DNA from: Minutocellus sp. GHC0000111
Taxonomy: Eukaryota
Assembly: GCA_977018835.1 (NCBI GenBank)
Contig: OZ361259.1
Location: 868,001-932,000 of the forward strand
Direction of reading: 5' to 3'
Length of the DNA stretch: 64,000 nt
A model generated the notes under the pieces. That model was not told the origin of the DNA. It did no database searches and saw nothing but the letters and a program-made list of their open reading frames with translations. Position numbers and translations under genes: made by a program. Below, piece after piece: positions 12,631-23,483 of the stretch. Each line of letters begins with the position of its first letter. Within the stretch, counting starts at the first letter, position 1.

Positions 12631-14158
12631 GGAAAAACAATCACATTGGTGGCAATTGCTTTGATTACATCGACAAAGAAACCGGCATTCGAGTAAGCAA
12701 GTACGGGGTGCATTGTTTCACACAAAATATGATCGCGTTTGGAGCTACATTCAGCAATTCAGTCACTGGACCAGGTGGCAACACCGATGCATTGCTAGGG
12801 TTGGCGACAAGTACATTCCCGTTCCGGTCAACATTGACTCCGTAAATGCTTTATTCAATCTATCCATTTCTTCAGAAGAGGAAATGGAGTCATGGTTGAA
12901 AAGAGTTCAAATTCAGCCTCAGAATGGGAATGCTGTCAATTCTGAAGAAGTTGCACTGCAGCGTGTTGGTCGGGAGCTCTACGAATTGATCTTTGAGCCA
13001 TATACGATCAAACAATGGAACAAAGAACCAAGAGAACTAGGCCCATCTGTCCTCTCACGCATCCCTGTGCGTATAAATCATGATGACAGGTACTTTACTG
13101 ATCCGCACCAAGCTTTGCCTAGTCGTGGATATAGGCGAATATTTGAGAGAATGTTCAGCTCACCCTCGATTACGGTTCGGCTCAATACGGACTATTTTGA
13201 TGTTAGAAAAGACCTTCGGTGTAGCCATGTGTATTTCACCGGCCCCATCGATGCCTATTTTGCACATCAAGGCCTCCCGAAGCTGGAATATCGCTCTTTG
13301 GAATTTGAACGAAAAGTGTATCGAGACACCGCCTACTATCAGCCAAAGGCCCACGTCAACTACCCAGCAATGATGTACAACTTCACACGCGCCATTGAGT
13401 ACAAACACATTTTGCAGCAAAAATCGCCTCATACTGTCGTCTTTTTCGAGCGATCCACTGATGTTGGAGAGCCGTATTACCCTGTTCCAAACAAGGAAAA
13501 TCACGAATTGTATGCAAAGTACCAGCGCATGGCAGAACAAGAGGAAAAAATTGATTTTGTGGGGCGGCTGGCAAATTACAAGTACTTCAACATGGATGAA
13601 ACTATTCTCAACGCGCTTGAGCTCTTTGATCAGCAATTTTCTGGAGCGGCAAGAAATTGCACTCCTGGAAAATTCTCAACAGTGGAACAATGGAAGGCGC
13701 TCTTTCCGAGTGGACCTCACGGGATGGGCTTGCGCCAGAAAGCCTTGGTCTTTACACCTGTAGGGAGATCATCAGCAACGACAATAAATTCCTTGATTGA
13801 GAACATGGGCACTGACCACTACCATTTCTTACTGTTGAGGTATGATGACTTTGACTGGACAGGAATGAAATGGTACGAGAAAGTGGAGTGGGAAGATCAG
13901 CAGCTCGACGAGTATGGCCACAATCTTGCCGCCGCTAGATTGCCTGGAGCTGGTTTCCGCGTCCTCCACAATGAAGCTGTGCATCTCACTAGGGCAATTA
14001 TGCAAGAAGCTGGATTCGTCACCGACTCAGAAGCGTGGAACATGTTTCATGGAAAGGTCCTTTCACCTTACATCGATCAATATTCCACTGCAATCCCATG
14101 GTCGAAAGGGAGAAACGGCACAAAACGAAAAAACACAAGATTTTACACAGATGTGTAA
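12631..14158 (+). pseudogene. glf: UDP-galactopyranose mutase, 5'-truncated and frameshifted, with a C-terminal DUF707-like extension
   Basis: HIGGNC...SKYGVH, frameshift at ~12718, then FHT...YTIKQW...RIPVR..YF..QALP..GY...LEYRSL...EPYYPV...GRLANYKYFNMD. The N-terminal GAGxxG FAD motif is absent and replaced by repeat DNA. Confidence 0.85.
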
Positions 14159-14281
14159 GGCCTTATTTTGTCCGAAAATGATCCACCTGAAACTGTGATG
14201 CGAAAACGGTCAAATCCCAGCGAACTACCAACGACGAACAGACCATCCCGCTGGGAGCAAAGCTCAACCAAGCGGGCCCAC

Positions 14282-14695
14282 TAGAGTAGGTGCCAAAATA
14301 AGGCGGTGCACTTCACAAGGCGGAGGTACTCATCCTCCATCAACCCTAGTTGTAGCCACTAGAAGCTGCATGTAGCGGTGCTAGTTGTTAACCACTACCA
14401 ACACCCTCATCTGCCCGTCTCAAGAGAGGCGGGACCAACATATTTTTTGGCGGGGACTAATGCCATTTACTAGCAGTTTGTTAGCCGCCTTATTTTGTCA
14501 CTCGGTCGGAGCTCGAGGCGGATTTCTTTTGCCTCCCCTCGGCACCTTCTCGTCAAAATGAGCAACTCCCAATTTTTGGAGGCAACCACCACACCTAATG
14601 CTTCAATTTACGAGAGTGTCAGCTAGTTTCATTTACTTTTAGTCACTGAAAACCAACATCTCCTCAACTTCCGCCTTATTTTGGCACCTGCTCCA
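14282..14695. mobile_element. MITE-like element, ~414 bp, with 25-bp TIRs
   Basis: tagagtaggtgccaaaataaggcgg (14282-14306) versus ccgccttattttggcacctgctcca (14671-14695), 23/25 complementary. A related end lies at 7694-7765. Confidence 0.75.
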
Positions 14696-15661
14696 TGTCC
14701 CAGCTGATTCATCGATGTTACAGATTACCGTCAAGCAAGCAGAGTGCAACTCGACCGCTGCCACCCAATTGACAACGCCTGCAGGCACCAATTGGGGATC
14801 TTCGCCCGTTAGGGGAGGTCTCACGCGTGCGCCGCAGAGGCACTGACCGCTACCCCGATCTCGTAATCTAGTCATCAACAAACCAACTCCTGTGCTGTCC
14901 AACCAACTCGAGGTTGTGTTGAACAGCCCACCCAGGTGCAGGAATCCTGCGCTGACACACTGCTCCAAAACAACCTAGGGTTATAATGCACAGCGGCTGT
15001 GTAATTTTGTGTTTCAAGTCTTTCCAACTGGTTTAGATAGCATCGAGCCACGAAGGTGAACTCCGCCGCCATCGTCGGATTTCACTCGCAGTTCACAACC
15101 TTCACTCCATTGAGAGCTTACAATCTAAATCAACCTTGACGGGCAGATGAATAATCCCGGAGAGACCAGAGTGGATTGATTGGATCCTCTTGAGATAAGT
15201 TTATCTTGGAGCGCTACGATTGGCAATCGGCGCGCATGCCACTCCATGCCGAACACGCAGTAGGCCATGGCCGTGGCCATTTACAATTACTGCGTCGATA
15301 GTTACCGCGTACAAAATTGCGACGGTAATTCGGCGGGGCATGTTCAGATTCCATCTGCCAAGATGACTTCATAAATAAGGAAGATGAAGCAAAGTCTCGT
15401 GGCTACATTTGCAATGTGCCACACTCAGCTTGAACGCCCGATCGACATGCAGACGCTTCGTGGATGGACGATGAACTAGTTGAGAGTGGTAGCAAAAAGA
15501 AGGTGGTGTGGACAACATGTGGTAGTTTTAGATGGCAGACTGAAGGGCAGAGAGGAGTTTGGGGACGAAGTGGCCAAGGTTACTACTAGTTGTCGTTCAA
15601 TGTGGAGATTTCTTTTGTTTTGACGGAGGAACGATCGACGTGACGGAGAAAAGAACGCTTC

Positions 15662-16279
15662 CTTTCCCAGCGCGGAATCTGCATTGGTGTGCTTTGTGGG
15701 GCCCTGATCACCCGTGAGAGAGATGGCATCCTCACTCGGTGGCACCAACTACCTTTGAACCAACCCTGAGTAGATAGATTTTTTATTTGACTACGTAATG
15801 GGGGGGTTCTCCGGTTGACTTGCTTCTCCTTCTCGATTTCCTCCCATCCACCCACCCTTGCTTGCATCACAGTGGTCGTTCCTGTGTGACATTTTTCCAG
15901 TACTGTGTGGCCTCATCTACATTACTTGTTTCTGATTTCAACATAATCCATTCCCATAGCTGTTTCATTGCTGCATCTTCATTGTAGCTTCTGGTGCAGT
16001 CCCCACCGCGTTCACATTTTTTGTCTCCAGAGTAATGAAGTGCCTTGGCACCATCGATCTGTAAAGGATAAAAGCATTCAAAGGGTGAAAGTAAGAAAAC
16101 AAACTGCTCCAATTGATCCAATTGAATATCAGTATTACTAGCTAATGTGTCACGCATGCGGATGCTCACCACTCCTACTTTTGCTTCGCATTGATCAGCA
16201 AATGTCACGTCGTAGCCCCATCCATAAGAATTGAGAACTGCGTCCAGTTGCTTCGTCCAACAAGCCCACGCATCTGCTG
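15662..16279 (-). repeat. Inverted duplication of 12428-12633 joined to 11756-12163
   Basis: Near-identical reverse complement. The intron is retained and ~265 bp between the two source segments is deleted. Confidence 0.9.
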
Positions 16280-16953
16280 ATTGGTTTAAACTCAACACTG
16301 CCCGGGTGGGCATCGGGGAAGATGATTGGTGGATACAAAAACAGCCTAGACTGCATTGGCCCACCGTGCCTGTCACCGTTGAGCCGACCGCCCTTTTGCG
16401 ACCGCCCTTTTGCGATAGCTGCAACTTTCGTCATGGACCTACCTACGTCCAATGCTCCCTCCCCACCGACAACAACAACATCATCACAGAGCCGTTTACT
16501 GCCGATGACATAGAAGTAGCCGTCAACGAGCTGTCTCCCCGTTCGACTCAGAGCATCAGAGCATCGAGCGTGCTGCCACGTCCCCAATGATTAATGCTCT
16601 TACTAATGCTGCAGTAGCATCTGCAACAGCATCCATCGAGGAAGACACAGAAGTACCCGCACCGAGAAGAACTACGAGGAGCAGGTCAGCCAGACTTAAT
16701 CTGGCAGCTACTTTCGAAGGATTTGCTCCAGCCAACAATCCTAACACTTGCAGAGACCGTGACCTCGAATAGATCCACACATGCACTGGTCCTTACCCCT
16801 CACACTCACTCAATCTTGCCCTGCAATGTTTACAATTGCGTTTTTCAGTTTAAGTTATTGATGTTCGTTCTTACTGATGCAAATGAGGCTACCTATTCAA
16901 TCGAATTTGGTTCTGACTTTTCATTATGTGTGATAGATAGATTTAAGCTATGT

Positions 16954-16979
16954 TTAGCGGGACGACACCACCACCACCA
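16954..16979 (+). repeat. TTAGCGGGACGAC(ACC)n element end, copy 2
   Basis: Preceded by agatttaagct, as in copies 3 and 4. Confidence 0.8.
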
Positions 16980-17195
16980 AAGCAGCAGCAGCAACAACAG
17001 CCCATTCCTGACCGTGGTAGTCAAAATGGATCTGGATTTGGTTCTGGTGCTTACCGCAAAAACTGAATGATTCGAGGGCTGCTGACATCTTTTATTTCCT
17101 TCACAGTATATTTTATTTCATTTTGGATGTCTTTAGTTGGTCTCCATCAATTCACAAATTTTACTAATCTGAGACGCCAAACAAAAAAGGCCAAT

Positions 17196-19050
17196 TCATG
17201 TTTCACCAAAGAAACCCCGTTCAATTTCTGTATTTCCACTAAAAGAATTGCTTGAATTAGCTCACTGCGAGCTGAGGACAAGACAAAACCCGGCACTCTC
17301 AGTACTAATGAAATGGACACACATGCTGACACTTGTGTTGCCGGTAAGAATTGGGCTGTGCTAATATATTCTGATGTGGTTTGTGAGGTACAACCATTTA
17401 CCGACAAGTATGGCAGTATCAAGGAGGTCCCAATTGTCACTGCCTGTACTGTTTGGACTGATCAAAATTCTGGAAAAGAGTATTTACTGGTAGGAGAACA
17501 ATTTCTTTGGTTTGGATCTTCATTAGAACATTCTCTTATTAACCCAAATCAGCTTCGAGCAAATTATTTGAAAGTGCAAGACAATCCTTTTGAACCTGAT
17601 GCTGGCATCTCAGGCAATACAAATGACGATGATGATGTTTTAATTCCCTTTGATACCACGGGGACGATTGTCAGCTTCGAATCTCGTGTACCAACTGAAT
17701 TTGAAATGTCTAACCTTCCTGTTGTTGTGCTCACAGCTGACCAGTGGGACCCTGGTAATGTCACTTTATCTAAGGTCTCTCTTACCATTGAAGAAAATGA
17801 AATAAGGACTACCTGTTCATTAACATCTGGATTGAGTAAAAAGGAGATGGAAGCTATGAGTAGTGCCGACGGATTTTATAGGAATGCAGAACTACAGTAC
17901 TTTTGTGATCGAATGATTGCCAGTGTAAATATTGCTTGTGCAACCCGAAATGATGTCGACAAAAGAGAAGAGATAGAAAGAAAAATTGGTAAGGTTCGAA
18001 CAAATATATGACCGCCACACCCGTGTTAATGCTGAGAACTTAGCAAGAATGTGGAACATTGGCCTTGATTCTGCCAAGAGAACACTTCAGGTGACACAGC
18101 AAACGGGGACAAGATCGGCTACAGGTCCATTACACCGGATGTTGAGGGTAGATCATCTTGATCTCCACCGGCCAAGATTGAAGGGGGTATGGTTTGTTGA
18201 CACTCTTATTGCTGGTATCAAATCTATTAGTCAGAAGACAGTTGCAAAAGTTTTTACAAAAGGTAAGTATTGCTGTGTACCCTATGCTAACCAAGGCCGA
18301 TGCAGGCAATTCTCTTGTCGATTTTACAGATGAAGTTGGTATCCCACAGGTTTTGATGACCGATCTTGCAAGCGAGTTTTTTGGTCAGCATGCTGATTTT
18401 GTCAAGCACTGTCGCCGAATCCAGCTGAATCACAAAGAAAAGGGTCGTTACAATCAAAATCATGCCGCTGAGCGTGAAATAGGATTCTTATCTGAAAGAT
18501 GGAGACGCCGAATGGCAGAGAAGAGTGTTCCAAGGAGACTTTGGGATTTTGGTTTAGTTCATGAAGCCGAATTGCTCAGTAGACTCTTACGGGGACGTGA
18601 TGGCAGGACGGGATATGAGGAAGAATTTAGCCAAACCCCTAACATTGCAGAATATGTTGACTTTGAGTTTTATGATTTGGTATGGTGGTGGGACCGTGGT
18701 GATAAAAACAGCTCTACTGCGGATCCTAAACAGTTAGCCAGATGGCTTGGCATTTCTCACCGAATTGGAAGTGACATGTGCTATTGGTTGATCACTGAGA
18801 GCGGCCAGATTATTTCCAAATCCTCGGTCCAACATGTTATCAAAGGACGAATTTCTCAACCCCAATGTCAAAGAAGCAATCGAGAAGTTTAATAAAAAGC
18901 TCGTTGAGAGGTTGAATGACAGTAATCACCGTGTTGAGCTGCCAGAGGGTGCAGAAAAATATTGATTGCCCGATGTTCCATTGCCAGATGAACTTGCAAA
19001 TGATGGGCGTGATGAGTGTAATGTTCCTAACGATGACGAATATGGTGACA
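17196..19050 (+). mobile_element. Ty1/copia (CoDi-like) pol fragment: protease, pre-integrase region and integrase, frameshifted
   Basis: DTHADTC protease motif, LINPNQLR, WNIGL..AKRTL..T.Q, TD...QNHAAEREI and WLGISHRIGSDMCYW. No LTRs seen. Confidence 0.9.
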
Positions 19051-19053
19051 AGC

Positions 19054-19622
19054 ACATTACCAGGGTCCCACTGATCAGCTGTGATCACAATAACAGGAAG
19101 GTTAGACATTTCAAATTCAGTTGGTACACGAGATTCGAAGCTGACAATCGTCCCCGTGGTATCAAAGGGAATAAAAACATCATCATCGTCATTTGTGTTG
19201 CCTGAGATGCCAGCATCAGGTTCAAAAGGATTGTCTTGCACTTTCAAATAATTTGCTCGAAGCTGATTTGGGTTAATAAGAGAATGTTCTAATGAAGACC
19301 CAAACCAAAGAAATTGTTCTCCTACCAGTAAATACTCTTTTCCAGAATTTTGATCAGTCCAAACAGTGCAGGCAGTGACAATTGGGACCTCCTTGACACT
19401 GCCATGCTTGTCGGTAAATGGTTGCACCTCACAAACCACATCAGAATATTTTAGCACAGCCCAATTCTTGCCGGCAACACAAGTGTCAGCATGTGTGTCC
19501 ATTTCATTAGCACTGAGAGTGCCGGGTTTTGTCTCGTCCTAAGCTCGCAGTGAGCTAATTCGAGCAATTCTTTTAGTGGAAACACAGAAATTGAACGGGG
19601 TTTCTTTGGTAAAACATGAATC
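19054..19622 (-). mobile_element. Inverted copia protease fragment
   Basis: Reverse-complement homolog of ~17196-17761, abutting the forward copy. Confidence 0.9.
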
Positions 19623-19743
19623 GATCTGTTTGTTCGACACCAGCGGGGTGGCCGACGGACCGGAAGGGGGTGGCCGCAAAGAGGCCGAGGGCGCCACCGG
19701 CGAAAGGGTGGCGTCGGCAGGACGGGCACCGGGCGTCCACGAA

Positions 19744-20968
19744 GGCGCGGCGGACGCGGTGGAAGAAGCAGCGGCAGCGGAATTCTTGCTTCTGTCAAAG
19801 CCAAGATTGACTGCGGCGTGGCCTCGATCTGTCGACGAGTTTTCTGAAACGCTCAGTGATCTGCCGCTCATTTGTCTTCTTCTAAGCCAACCCATGGGTG
19901 AGTTGCCGCTCTTGCTGTTTGGCAAGAGGACTGGTTTGCCATGTCATCTCTCTCACACACCGAAGCGTCGCTACAAGCAAGTCTTTCTGCAATGCAGGGA
20001 AACACTGCCGTCTCTGCTTGCAACATCTTAGACCTTCCCACCCTGACATGGCGCAAAAGAGGGGGCGGAATGTGCCGCACAATTTGGCGATAGCTGCTGG
20101 ACTGGAATGGCGATTGCACTCCGAGAGACCCGAGTTGCTTGCACGAGGTCGCAAGTGATTCATGGTCAAGCTGATCCGCAAGGAGAGCCCTGATGCAAAA
20201 TTAGGCCACATGTTTTGTTCTTCGAGATGTGGTTTTCTTTGGATTAATCAAACAGATTTAAGCTTGCTTAGCGGGACGACACCACCACCACCACCACCAC
20301 CACCACCACCACCACCACCACCACCACCACCACCACCACCACCACCACCACCACCACCACCACCACCAGGCGCGGCGGACGCGGTGGAAGAAGCAGCGGC
20401 AGCGGAATTCTTGCTTCTGTCAAAGCCAAGATTGACTGCGGCGTGGCCTCGATCTGTCGACGAGTTTTCTGAAACGCTCAGTGATCTGCCGCTCATTTGT
20501 CTTCTTCTAAGCCAACCCATGGGTGAGTTGCCGCTCTTGCTGTTTGGCAAGAGGACTGGTTTGCCATGTCATCTCTCTCACACACCGAAGCGTCGCTACA
20601 AGCAAGTCTTTCTGCAATGCAGGGAAACACTGCCGTCTCTGCTTGCAACATCTTAGACCTTCCCACCCTGACATGGCGCAAAAGAGGGGGCGGAATGTGC
20701 CGCACAATTTGGCGATAGCTGCTGGACTGGAATGGCGATTGCACTCCGAGAGACCCGAGTTGCTTGCACGAGGTCGCAAGTGATTCATGGTCAAGCTGAT
20801 CCGCAAGGAGAGCCCTGATGCAAAATTAGGCCACATGTTTTGTTCTTCGAGATGTGGTTTTCTTTGGATTAATCAAACAGATTTAAGCTTGCTTAGCGGG
20901 ACGACACCACCACCACCACCACCACCACCACCACCACCACCACCACCACCACCACCACCACCACCACC
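19744..20968 (+). repeat. 625-bp tandem duplication, each unit ending TTAGCGGGACGAC(ACC)n
   Basis: Units 19744-20368 and 20369-20968. ACC runs at 20281-20368 (~29 copies) and 20906-20968 (~21 copies). Confidence 0.9.
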
Positions 20969-21039
20969 GGATACAGCTTTCACAACTTCGGTCATGTCGA
21001 GAGAGAGACTTTGTCAACAGTGGCCAATGTCCTCCTTCG

Positions 21040-21855
21040 GATTTCATCGTCACAGGTCTGGTCATGAATGGTTCCAGTGGAAGTCGGGACGTTAAAACTA
21101 TCATCGTCGAAGTGTCATGTAAACATCGAATCGAAACTTTTCTTGTTGCAAAAGACGGTGGAAGCAAGTCCTGGAGAAGAATTTGAACCAACTGAGAAGA
21201 TTGAAGCTCCCTGGTGCCCACTGTGCCCCCTTGTTTTTACGAAAAGAACCAAATGAAATCTCCAACATTAGACACCGGGTCCAGCGAGTGAGACTCTTGC
21301 GTGAGCATCAGCGGGCTCAAGTAAGGAGCTACTTAAGTTCAAAGCAAACGGATTTCAATTTGGACAAGCTGATCGCCATACTGATTGATTTTGACTTAAG
21401 ATCTCTTCCACTGCCAGGACAAGTGCTAGCAGTAGCATCGCGAAACATAAATGGCGGGTCATTTGACGTCATCTGTTCTGCCGGCATCACAACCAGTCGA
21501 GAAGGCGCTGCCGGTTACTACGACGCATTCGCAACTGTGCTTCTCCCCGACACTTTTGTGTGTGGAGTAAAGGGCGGCTCGAGGAACGCCAGAGGACTTT
21601 CAACAATGTTAATCTCTTGAAATATTTTTACAAGAAAGGACTGGTGAACAGAAGTGACAATACCTTCGATTCTCTCCAACCCGTCCCTGTAAGAAGCTGT
21701 TTTGGAGGACTGGCTCTATACAAAGCAACGTCTTGGCTTGATTCTCGATGCTCGTATATGTCAAGACATCCCAAAGACATGAAATATGCTTCTCGATTTG
21801 ACAATGATACCTGTGAACACGTGTCATTCATAAACTGCCTTCATCAGAATCTGCC
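21040..21855 (+). pseudogene. GT69/CAP59-like mannosyltransferase fragment
   Basis: RV..LR, IDFD, YYDAFA, PVPVRSCFGGLALYK and CEHV. Frameshifted and 3'-truncated by the copia RT. Confidence 0.7.
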
Positions 21856-23452
21856 AGTACTCCATACTTCATGACCACCAGCTGTCTGCACCTTTGCAAC
21901 ATCAGCTCCCAGATAAATTTCTGGTGCTTTTCGACTCTCAGGCTTAATCTTGTAATGATTATCAATACCATCGGCAATCGTGTCACATTGGTGAGAAACA
22001 ATCAAAATGTCATCAGTGTACACAAGTAGCATTTCGTAATACTCATATCCATCTGGCTTTTGGGCTCTTTTGATCCACACATTCGGGTCAGCCAATGTAG
22101 ATTCAAACTCCGTGGACCGCAGTGCCTCTGCTAGCGCTTCTCTCCGAGAAAATCCAGAACTTTTGAGTCCATAGAGGCTGCGGGTCAGGACACAAACCTT
22201 GCCCTTGTCTTCACCACATTCTGTACCGCCTTCAAACCAAATCTTCTCAGCACACGGAGCATTAAGATATGCATTCTCCAAGTCAATTCCCAAAACATCG
22301 ACATCGTGAAGGGCAGCTGCTAAAAGGCCAATTCGTACAGAAACAACACTTGAATAAGTAACACCATCCGGGGCATCTGTGGTATGGCCACCTGCACAGT
22401 ATCTAGCTTTCCTTGTAAAATCCATCTTGACATCAAAAACAATATGATTTCGAATTTCCTGGTAACCAATCAATTCACCAACTTTGCCCTTTCGAGCTTC
22501 ATTGGGAGTAACACCACCAGAGTCTTCCATGATACCTTGGCCTTAGACATTTCCTTGTTAATAGCATCTCGCCATAAAGTGTTGCCATTGATTTCATCCA
22601 ATTGTAAAGCCTCTTGTACAGATTTGGGAACCCTGACACCATACTTGTGAGTTGTTCTCCAATACTTCTTTTTCACCTTGGAAATAATCCTGTTGCGTCG
22701 TCTCAAAACCGTTTTCACCCACCAAGCAAAAGCAGGTTCATCCTGAATACGATTAGCAACTGCATATTCAGCAACTTCAACTGGATTGGAATTCTTGAGA
22801 TCTTTAAGTTTCACCCAAGAGCTAGAACCGTCCTTCCATGATACTAATAATTCCCAGCCTTTTGTAGTTGGCTTCCTATGCTTGTTGTGACCTTGATAAA
22901 CATAAGCATCTTGCTCTGTAAGAGCAGTACCATCCTTTCTATGATCTTCAATCTCATCAAGCAATAAATAAGAGTTGCCTTGATCATCAATCTGTGCATA
23001 CATGTTCTCAGCGATAATATTGGCAGTAACCTTGTCCCGCGTACCATCTGCAAATTCAATCTCATAAGCGCGGGTATCAAGGATAGGGTTAGAGTGTGCG
23101 GTACCAATCGTTTTACCATCATCAGTTCGAGCCCTTTTTACAACACGGGCCCCTCGCTCATTGTTAGTGCCAACATCCATAATTAATTCCATGCCCAAAT
23201 ACTTATCAATCATTTCTTCTTTGTCATCATCGGGACGCTCATCGACAAACATGTCACCATATTCGTCATCGTTAGGAATATTACACTCATCACGCCCATC
23301 ATTTGCAAGTTCTGGCAATGGAACATTGGGAAATCAATATTTTTTCTGCACCCTCTGGCAGCTCAACACGGTGATTACTGTCATTCAACCTCTCAACGAG
23401 CTTTCTATTAAACTTCTCGATTGCTTCTTTGACATTGGGGTTGAGAAATTCG
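21855..23452 (-). mobile_element. Ty1/copia (CoDi-like) post-integrase region and reverse transcriptase, truncated before RNase H
   Basis: TKGWELLVSWKDGSSSW, FDVKMDFTRKAR, NAYLNA, LYGLKSSG and YTDD, with a frameshift near 22530. Confidence 0.9.
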
Positions 23453-23455
23453 TTC

Positions 23456-23474
23456 GGGTTAGGGTTAGGGTTAG
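23456..23474 (+). repeat. Interstitial telomere-like repeat (GGGTTA)3
   Basis: gggttagggttagggttag at the junction between the copia RT segment and the 1137-bp array. Confidence 0.7.
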
Positions 23475-23483
23475 TTCGTAACA

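Noticed and set aside
16280..16800. Possible LTR/PBS/gag of the copia element
   Set aside because: No second LTR copy, recognisable PBS or zinc knuckle was found.
20162..21221. Poly-Pro, poly-Gly and poly-Trp ORFs
   Set aside because: They are translations of the (ACC)n tails, with no coding evidence.
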